Of a DNA stretch of 32,000 nt, positions 26,442 to 32,000 are shown one piece after another. The first letter of the stretch is position 1. Each line of letters begins with the position of its first letter. The notes beneath the pieces were generated by a model, which saw only the letters and a program-made list of their open reading frames with translations, searched no databases and was not told the origin of the DNA. The stretch is from Acidothermus cellulolyticus 11B (GTDB lineage: Bacteria > Actinomycetota > Actinomycetes > Acidothermales > Acidothermaceae): positions 2,310,001 through 2,342,000 of the forward strand of contig NC_008578.1 in NCBI RefSeq assembly GCF_000015025.1, read 5' to 3'. The position numbers were made by a program, and so were the translations under genes.

Positions 26442-27734
26442 ATGATGCGGGGGTCGATCATGGCACGGTTCGGTTCACCAGGTGACACCAATTCAGTCGC
26501 CGTTACGACAGAGGCCCCAGCACTGACGAATCGCGAGCCGGTCACGGATAGGCCCGACAACCCCGAAACGGCAGGCAGCACCACAGCGACCACCGACCCG
26601 GCCGTGACGTCGGCCGCCGACAGCGGCGACCCTGCCCCCGCCGCGACCGACCACCCGACTCCCGCCGACCACACGCCGTCCACCGGAGACGCGCTTCCCA
26701 CCGGAGAGGCGACGCCAGCCGGTCACACGCCGTCCGTCGGAGACGCACCGCCGAGCGGAGACGCGACGATCGTGCTGCCCGCACACGTCGGACCAGGCCC
26801 AGAACCGAGCCTTCCCGCGCACCGACATGGGCGGCGGTGGCTGCGGGCGGTTCTCGCGGCGTTGATCGTACTCGCATTCGGCGCCGCCGGCACCGGTCTC
26901 GCCTGGCAACAATCACAGCTTGCGCACCTCCGGTCCGACGTTGCGGCGCTGCGCGCCGCGCAGGCCGAACAGGTCACGGCCCTGCAGTCGAGCCTCAGCG
27001 CCCAGCGGCAGCAAATTTCCGCATTGAGCGGTCAACTCGTGGCGGCCCGCAGTGCCCTCCAGAACACCCAGAACCAACTCAAATCCGACGAAGAACGGCT
27101 GAACATCGCAACGGCTCAGCTGCCGCCGGACTTGACCGAGCTCGCGGCACGCGTGACGCCGTCCGTCGTCCTCGTGAGCTGCGTCTCGGGGACGACGACA
27201 ACGAGCGGCACAGCGTTCGCACTTGCTCTCCCACAAGCGTCCGGATCGCAGACCACATTGGTGACGGCCGAGCACGTGGTCGACGGCTGCACTGACCCCA
27301 ATTCCGGTGTCCTCTCCATCACGGCCGGGAATCGGTCCGCATCCGCGGCCGTTCGGGCGTACGACGCGGAGAACGATGTCGCCCTGCTCGACACCAGCCT
27401 CCGCATACCGCCGTTGCAGCCGGCAAGCAACGGTCCGGTCGTCGGCGAATTCGTCATGGCAGTCGGAAATGCCCTCGGCATCGTCGTCAACAATGTGACC
27501 TCCGGCATAATTTCTCAGGTTTATCCGACCTATTTTCTCGATACAGCGCCGATAAGCAACGGCAATTCCGGTGGCCCGGTCGTCGACCGCTCCGGAAATG
27601 TGCTGGGCATCGTCGATTGGGGATACGCGTCCGGCACCGAAGCGCCGTTGGTGGAGAATCTCAACGCCTCGCTGCGCTTGTCGGTGCTCTGCCAGAAATT
27701 GCTGACGGGAGCGGTGTGCCGCAGCCTCCACTAG
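26442..27734 (+). CDS. membrane-anchored trypsin-like (S1) serine protease with a Pro/Thr-rich repeat N-terminus and a coiled-coil linker
   Basis: Catalytic triad context TAEHVVDG, ENDVALLD and SNGNSGGPVVD. One TM (WLRAVLAALIVLAFGAAGTGLAW). Start ATG 26442, 9 nt after GAGGAG. Confidence 0.8.
   Translation: MMRGSIMARFGSPGDTNSVAVTTEAPALTNREPVTDRPDNPETAGSTTATTDPAVTSAADSGDPAPAATDHPTPADHTPSTGDALPTGEATPAGHTPSVGDAPPSGDATIVLPAHVGPGPEPSLPAHRHGRRWLRAVLAALIVLAFGAAGTGLAWQQSQLAHLRSDVAALRAAQAEQVTALQSSLSAQRQQISALSGQLVAARSALQNTQNQLKSDEERLNIATAQLPPDLTELAARVTPSVVLVSCVSGTTTTSGTAFALALPQASGSQTTLVTAEHVVDGCTDPNSGVLSITAGNRSASAAVRAYDAENDVALLDTSLRIPPLQPASNGPVVGEFVMAVGNALGIVVNNVTSGIISQVYPTYFLDTAPISNGNSGGPVVDRSGNVLGIVDWGYASGTEAPLVENLNASLRLSVLCQKLLTGAVCRSLH
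26667..26770 (+). repeat. imperfect 54-bp (18-codon) tandem duplication inside the protease N-terminal region
   Basis: CACACGCCGTCCaCCGGAGACGC at about 26670 and CACACGCCGTCCgTCGGAGACGC at about 26724, encoding HTPSTGDALPTGEAT and HTPSVGDAPPSGDAT. Confidence 0.6.
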
Positions 27735-27846
27735 GCGACGTACGGCACACTCCAGTGGGCGATGTACTGCACACTGCAGGAGTCGCCGGGTGACTCGACA
27801 CCCTGCCGCCGTCCGACGCTGCGGAATTTCCCGGCCGCGCAACGCA

Positions 27847-28317
27847 TTACCGCGCTGAGGGCGGCTCTGCGGCAAGTGCCTCCAGCGCCGGCAGCGCCGC
27901 TTCGATCGCGTCCACCTGCTCCGGGGCCAGACGGGCAATCCGTTCCGCAAGGGCCGCGGCCCGCGACTGCCGCAATTCGGCAAGCGTGCGCCGTCCGCTC
28001 TCGGTAAGGCTGAGGAGGCAGGCCCGGGCGTCGGCGGCATCAGGCGATCGGGAGACCAGGCCGGAACGGACGAGGCGGTCGACAACCCTGCTCATCATCG
28101 GCGGCGCCACGTTCTCGACCGCGGCAAGCTCGCTCAACCGGACCGGCTGATGCGCCTCAACACTCGCCAGTGCCGAAGTCTCCGACGGAGTCAACCCGCC
28201 GGAAGCGTGCTGGCGCACCGCCCGCGCTAATCGGCCGACGACGATCCGCAACCGGGCGGCGATTTCCGCCTCCCGGGACGGACCCGCGGCCGGCGTAGAG
28301 ACCACGTCCCGGCGCAC
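27847..28317 (-). CDS. MarR-family transcriptional regulator
   Basis: Winged-helix segment LTPSETSALASVEAHQPVRLSELAAVENVAPPMMSRVVDRLVRSGLVSR. Preferred start is GTG 28317, 5 nt after GAGGAGG. The track start at 28392 would overlap the divergent Rrf2 gene. Confidence 0.8.
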   Translation of the reverse strand: MRRDVVSTPAAGPSREAEIAARLRIVVGRLARAVRQHASGGLTPSETSALASVEAHQPVRLSELAAVENVAPPMMSRVVDRLVRSGLVSRSPDAADARACLLSLTESGRRTLAELRQSRAAALAERIARLAPEQVDAIEAALPALEALAAEPPSAR

Positions 28318-28375
28318 CGCCACCTCCTCGGGCTCGAATCTACGAACTTTCCCGACCGGCTGCGATGATGACCCC

Positions 28376-28846
28376 GTGCACATCTCCGCCAAGACCGATT
28401 ACGCGATGCGCGCCATGCTCGTCCTGGCACACGCAGCCCGCGAGCGAGCCGACGCGTGGGTCAAAGCCGAGGAGATCGCCGACGAACAGCGGCTCCCGCG
28501 CAAATTCTTGGAGGCGATCCTCGCGGACTTACGGCGGGCGCGGCTTGTCGAGAGTCTACGGGGAGCCGAAGGCGGCTATCGGCTCGCCAAGCCGGCGTCG
28601 GCGATTTACGTCGCGGACGTGATGCGCGCCGTGGACGGCCCCCTCGCCGAGGTTCGGGGACTACGCCCGGAGAACGTCCGCTACGAGGGTGCGGCCGCTG
28701 GTCTGCAGGATGTGTGGGTCGCCGTTCGCGCCGGACTTCGGGCTGTGCTCGAGCGAGTGAGCGTCGAGGACGTCGCCAACCGCGCCCTGCCCAAGCCGGT
28801 GCAAGACCTTGTCGCCGAACTGCAAGGCTGGATTCCCCGTTACTGA
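28376..28846 (+). CDS. Rrf2-family transcriptional regulator (no Cys residues, so not an Fe-S type)
   Basis: N-terminus HISAKTDYAMRAMLVLA...KAEEIADEQRLPRKFLEAILADLRRARLVESLRGAEGGYRLAKP is the canonical Rrf2 winged helix. GTG start at 28376. Confidence 0.85.
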   Translation: MHISAKTDYAMRAMLVLAHAARERADAWVKAEEIADEQRLPRKFLEAILADLRRARLVESLRGAEGGYRLAKPASAIYVADVMRAVDGPLAEVRGLRPENVRYEGAAAGLQDVWVAVRAGLRAVLERVSVEDVANRALPKPVQDLVAELQGWIPRY

Positions 28847-28987
28847 CGCGGCTCGGTCTCGACCGGCAGGATGACGAAGCCGCGGCGGCCTGGCGATCCC
28901 CGTCGCTGCAGCGGCTGGCTCTGGAGCCTCGGGGCGTCGTCACGAGCCGAGCTCGTGCAGGCATCAAGAGCCAAACACGTGTCATCG

Positions 28988-29329
28988 TCAATAGCCGAGC
29001 TCGTGCAGCCGCTCGTCGTCGATGCCGAAGTGGTGGGCGATTTCGTGCACGACGGTCTTGCGCACTTCGTCGATCACTTCGGACTCGGTTTCGCACAGCG
29101 CGCAGATGGTGTTGCGGTAGATGATGATGCGGTCGGGCAGGACGCCGCCGTACGCCGTGGTGCGCTCGGTCAGCGGGATGCCGACGTACAACCCCAGCAG
29201 TTCTGGATCGTCGGGCTCATCTTCGACGAAGACTGCGACGTTCCGCATCGCCCGGGCGAACTCCTCCGGGATGCCGTCAAGCGCCTCGGCGACGAGCTCG
29301 TCGAACCGGTCCGGATCGACGTACACCAC
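28988..29329 (-). CDS. small zinc metallopeptidase-family protein (HExxH)
   Basis: About 113 aa from GTG 29329: VYVDPDRFDELVAEALDGIPEEF...VVHEIAHHFGIDDERLHELGY, with the HEIAH motif. The upstream 67 codons of the track ORF are rejected. Confidence 0.75.
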   Translation of the reverse strand: MVYVDPDRFDELVAEALDGIPEEFARAMRNVAVFVEDEPDDPELLGLYVGIPLTERTTAYGGVLPDRIIIYRNTICALCETESEVIDEVRKTVVHEIAHHFGIDDERLHELGY

Positions 29330-29525
29330 GACTCGAGAAAACCACAATGATCCGCCGGACGTCGAGCTCACCGCGCGGCACCCGCGAACCGGCGAAAGAC
29401 GATCACCTTGCGGCCGGTGGCGGACGGCAAGCCGGACCCGCGGTAGCGGCCGGTCCCGCCGTCCCCTATGCTTGGTCAGTCCCGGAACGTCCGTTCGGGC
29501 GCGGCCGTCGACCGCCGTTGCTGCC

Positions 29526-29598
29526 GCCCTCATCGTCTAGCGGTCTAGGACACCGCCCTTTCAAGGCGGCGGCACGGGTTCGAATCCCGTTGGGGGCA
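29526..29598 (+). tRNA. tRNA-Glu (anticodon UUC)
   Basis: GCCCTCATCGTCTAGCGGTCTAGGACACCGCCCTTTCAAGGCGGCGGCACGGGTTCGAATCCCGTTGGGGGCA. Anticodon loop CTTTCAA. Confidence 0.9.
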
Positions 29599-29683
29599 CG
29601 CGAGGACGGCGGCCACGTGCCGCGACGGACGCTGGCTGGGATGGCGAACCGAATACCGCTCGGCTAGCCTGTGCATGAGCATG

Positions 29684-29760
29684 GTCCCGTGGTGAAGCCT
29701 GGAGTTCACGCCGCCCTGTCAAGGCGGAGGTCGCGGGTTCGAATCCCGTCGGGACCGCCA
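29684..29760 (+). tRNA. tRNA-Asp (anticodon GUC), CCA encoded
   Basis: GGTCCCGTGGTGAAGCCTGGAGTTCACGCCGCCCTGTCAAGGCGGAGGTCGCGGGTTCGAATCCCGTCGGGACCGCCA. Anticodon loop CTGTCAA. Confidence 0.9.
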
Positions 29761-29802
29761 ACCGTATCTGCAGCCGGTGCCGAGCCAAATCGCTCAGCGC
29801 GG

Positions 29803-29879
29803 GGCCAGGTAGCTCAGTTGGTACGAGCGCCCGCCTGAAAAGCGGGAGGTCGGCGGTTCGATCCCGCCCCTGGCCACCA
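29803..29879 (+). tRNA. tRNA-Phe (anticodon GAA), CCA encoded
   Basis: GGCCAGGTAGCTCAGTTGGTACGAGCGCCCGCCTGAAAAGCGGGAGGTCGGCGGTTCGATCCCGCCCCTGGCCACCA. Anticodon loop CTGAAAA. Confidence 0.9.
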
Positions 29880-29899
29880 CGATCGAAAACCCCGGCTGC

Positions 29900-30535
29900 T
29901 CAACGGGACGGCGATACCGCGGCGGCTGTGTCCCACGCATAGTTCGGAAATCGCCGACCCCGCGGCACGACGTCCGGTGAGGCCTCCAACCCCCACGCCG
30001 TCCACCCAGGGCGTGGATACCGGGCGAACAATTCGAGGTACGGCCCGGGTGAGCAGGCTTCGATGATGTCGTACTGTTCGTCCGGCTTCCTGCTGTGTTC
30101 CCGTTTCCGGGTCTCAATGAGATTCACCTGCGACCGTCCGGGCGCGAGTGTGCGCATTCTGCCGCGGACGCCGAAAAGGATCGGTTCGGTGACGTTGCGG
30201 AAATAAAATCCGACGCCGCGGCCGTCAGGGCCGCCGTCCTTCCGCCGCTTCACCCACACGATCATGGAAACGTACCGGAACCCCCACGCCGCCATCACCT
30301 GAAGACCGTCGGGGATCAGCGCGTTGGGACACCACAGGTACAAGTGAGCCGCATCGGCGACAACCTCGCCGACCGGCAGCGCCGAAATTTCGGCAACCGT
30401 CATGGTCTCGTAGCGGCCAAGGCGTCGGTGCTCCGGCGCGACCTTGCCTGTTCGGTTGACAAACCGCCATGGCGGATCGGCCAACACGGTCCGGAAACCA
30501 CCCGGAACCGTCGGAAGTGCAACGCTCATGGTCAT
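29900..30535 (-). CDS. MT-A70-family N6-adenine DNA methyltransferase (orphan)
   Basis: 211 aa with the catalytic DPPW motif (VLADPPWRF) and the MT-A70 core (LYLWCPNALI...MAAWGFRYVSMIVWVK...REHSRKPDE). The stop lies 20 nt from the tRNA-Phe 3' end. Confidence 0.85.
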   Translation of the reverse strand: MTMSVALPTVPGGFRTVLADPPWRFVNRTGKVAPEHRRLGRYETMTVAEISALPVGEVVADAAHLYLWCPNALIPDGLQVMAAWGFRYVSMIVWVKRRKDGGPDGRGVGFYFRNVTEPILFGVRGRMRTLAPGRSQVNLIETRKREHSRKPDEQYDIIEACSPGPYLELFARYPRPGWTAWGLEASPDVVPRGRRFPNYAWDTAAAVSPSR

Positions 30536-30570
30536 CTACGCTATCCCGCCGCACACCAGCGACCGCGTTG

Positions 30571-30660
30571 CCACACGTGTTGACGCTTCTCGGCGCCGGC
30601 CCATGCATGTTGACACCCCTGCGCACCGGCCCATGCGTGTTGACGCTTCTCGGCACCGGC
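30571..30660. repeat. three contiguous 30-bp direct repeats, each carrying TGTTGAC
   Basis: U1 CCACACGTGTTGACGCTTCTCGGCGCCGGC, U2 CCATGCATGTTGACACCCCTGCGCACCGGC, U3 CCATGCGTGTTGACGCTTCTCGGCACCGGC. U1 and U3 match at 27 of 30 positions. An inverted GTCAAC follows at 30676-30681. Confidence 0.8.
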
Positions 30661-30669
30661 CAATAAGTT
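30640..30669 (+). promoter_or_regulatory. candidate xylA promoter: -35 TTGACG (30640-30645), 18-nt spacer, -10 TAAGTT (30664-30669)
   Basis: Hexamer match by eye only. Located 35 nt upstream of the xylA ATG. Confidence 0.3.
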
Positions 30670-30703
30670 GGGACTGTCAACAAAATCCGGACCGGAGGCG
30701 GGA

Positions 30704-31927
30704 ATGTCACTCACCACTGCATCGTCGAAAACTATCGAAGTTGCCACGCCGTCGAAGGAAGACCGTTTCAGCTTTGGTCTGTGGACCGTCGGCTGGCAGG
30801 CGCGTGATCCCTTCGGTGAAGCGACACGTCCGCCGCTGGATCCGGTGGAGGCTGTTCACAAGCTCGCCGAATTAGGCGCCTACGGGGTCACCTTCCATGA
30901 CGACGACCTCGTTCCGTTCGGCAGCAGCGATGCGGAGCGCGCTCGGCTTATCGACCGTTTCAAGAAGGCGCTTGCCGACACCGGCCTGGTCGTCCCGATG
31001 ATGACGACGAATCTCTTCACCCATCCGATCTTCAAGGATGGTGCGTTCACCGCCAATGACCGGTCCATTCGGCGGTATGCGATCCGTAAGGTGATGCGCA
31101 ATCTGGATCTGGCGGCCGAACTCGGCGCCCGTACGTACGTTTTCTGGGGTGGCCGCGAGGGAAGCGAAATCGACGCCGCAAAGGACATTCGTGCTGCGCT
31201 TGACCGGTACCGCGAGGCGATTGACACCCTCGCGCAATACGTCAAAGACCAAGGCTACGGCATCCGGTTCGCCCTCGAACCGAAACCCAATGAGCCGCGG
31301 GGTGATATTTTCCTCCCGACGATCGGGCATGCGCTCGCGTTCATCAACTCCCTGGAGCATTCGGACATCGTCGGGCTGAATCCTGAAGTCGGTCACGAGC
31401 AGATGTCCAATTTGAATTTCGTGCACGGGATCGCACAGGCCCTCTGGCACGGGAAACTCTTCCACATCGACCTCAACGGCCAGCACGGGCCGAAGTACGA
31501 CCAGGACTTGGTCTTCGGTCACGGTGACCTGCTCAGCGCGTTCTTCCTCGTCGACCTGCTGGAGAACGGCTTTCCCGGCGGCGGCCCGGTGTACGACGGT
31601 CCGCGGCACTTCGACTACAAGCCGATGCGCACGGAGGACATCGACGGCGTCTGGGCGTCCGCCGCGGCGAACATGCGCACGTACCTCCTCCTCAAGCAGC
31701 GGGCAAAGGCGTTTCGAGCGGATCCGGAGGTGCAGGCCGCACTCACCGCAAGTCGTGTTCCCGAGTTGGCCGTCCCCACCCTCGGCGAGGGCGAGTCGTA
31801 CGCCGACCTGCTGGCCGACCGGTCCGCGTGGGAGGAATTCGACGTCGATCGAGCCGCCAACCAAGGCTACGGGTACGCCCGTCTCGATCAGCTCGCCATC
31901 GAGCACCTCCTCGGCGCACGCGGCTGA
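30704..31927 (+). CDS. xylA: xylose isomerase
   Basis: Actinobacterial XylA hallmarks [51 protein letters not shown] and [15 protein letters not shown] 30704, 6 nt after GGAGG. Confidence 0.9.
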   Translation: MSLTTASSKTIEVATPSKEDRFSFGLWTVGWQARDPFGEATRPPLDPVEAVHKLAELGAYGVTFHDDDLVPFGSSDAERARLIDRFKKALADTGLVVPMMTTNLFTHPIFKDGAFTANDRSIRRYAIRKVMRNLDLAAELGARTYVFWGGREGSEIDAAKDIRAALDRYREAIDTLAQYVKDQGYGIRFALEPKPNEPRGDIFLPTIGHALAFINSLEHSDIVGLNPEVGHEQMSNLNFVHGIAQALWHGKLFHIDLNGQHGPKYDQDLVFGHGDLLSAFFLVDLLENGFPGGGPVYDGPRHFDYKPMRTEDIDGVWASAAANMRTYLLLKQRAKAFRADPEVQAALTASRVPELAVPTLGEGESYADLLADRSAWEEFDVDRAANQGYGYARLDQLAIEHLLGARG

Positions 31928-31960
31928 CCCGCGACGACCCGGCTACGAAACGGACACCCG

Positions 31961-32000
31961 ATGACGCGAACGCTCGTCGCCGGCGTCGATTCGTCGACCC
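31961..32000 (+). CDS. xylB: xylulokinase, first 13 codons only (runs off the right edge)
   Basis: MTRTLVAGVDSST matches the FGGY-kinase/XylB N-terminal motif (VAGVDSST). Positioned directly after xylA. Confidence 0.55.
   Translation, partial: MTRTLVAGVDSST

Noticed and set aside
27735-27846. Intrinsic terminator after the protease gene (GGCGAC...GTCGCC with inner ACTCC/GGAGT pairing)
   Set aside because: The stem is interrupted by a 9-nt bulge and has no U-tract. The evidence is too weak to call.
28988-29533. A 181-aa version of the metallopeptidase ORF
   Set aside because: The first 67 codons are Arg-rich and unlike protein. The conserved family begins at VYVDPDRFDELV, with GTG at 29329.
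29900-30535. Restriction-modification system
   Set aside because: No endonuclease-sized ORF with coding character lies on either side: tRNA genes are on one side and the repeats and xylA on the other. It is treated as an orphan methyltransferase.
30571-30660. Possible CRISPR array, given the 30-bp repeat length
   Set aside because: The repeats are directly contiguous with no spacers. There are only three units, no cas genes are nearby, and the units differ internally. This is a tandem repeat or operator array, not CRISPR.
29803-30700. Genomic island integrated at tRNA-Phe
   Set aside because: I found no integrase or recombinase ORF and no second copy of the tRNA-Phe 3' end (GGTTCGATCCCGCCCCTGGCCACCA) downstream. 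The flanking xylAB genes are housekeeping. At most, the single methyltransferase gene is a relic.

Overview
This window looks like high-GC, actinobacterial-type chromosome (composition judged by eye). It is densely coded and is mostly core or metabolic genes, not an obvious mobile island. From left to right:

- **1-759:** an RsbW-like ATP-binding protein with a GTGA-coupled partial ORF at the left edge.
- **840-4124:** a minus-strand molybdate operon (HTH+TOBE regulator, modA, modB, modC).
- **4317-5752:** a divergent, translationally coupled pair: an Asp-box (BNR) propeller protein and a MoaD/ThiS-like protein ending in GG.
- **5730-7177:** a NUDIX hydrolase and a CE7 acetylxylan esterase.
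- **7413-14598:** a sugar-uptake locus (LacI regulator, two permeases, a binding protein), with a divergent GH3 glycosidase.
- **14743-17553:** a TM-less MCP-signalling-domain protein with a C-terminal beta-sandwich-like domain, then a protein that joins an amidotransferase/S51-like domain to a CysRS-like tail.
- **17630-20804:** a sulfate-assimilation operon. Its sulfite reductase carries a C-terminal CysO/ThiS-like domain ending in GG, followed by APS reductase cysH and an ATGA-coupled unknown ORF.
- **21234-23819:** a sodium:solute symporter with a DUF3311-like partner. Head-to-head with it lies a decayed, internally deleted remnant of a paralogous symporter.
- **23864-29329:** an ECF sigma factor with a membrane partner, a CapA-family lipoprotein, tRNA-Lys, a membrane-anchored S1 protease, divergent MarR and Rrf2 regulators, and a small HExxH metallopeptidase.
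- **29526-32000:** a tRNA Glu-Asp-Phe cluster, an orphan MT-A70 DNA methyltransferase, three tandem 30-bp repeats, then xylA and the start of xylB.

The most interesting signals are the two independent GG-terminated beta-grasp modules (one fused to sulfite reductase, one coupled to a BNR propeller), the soluble MCP fusion, the CysRS-tail fusion, and several regulatory repeats and palindromes. All family assignments come from motif and pattern recognition by eye. No database search was possible.
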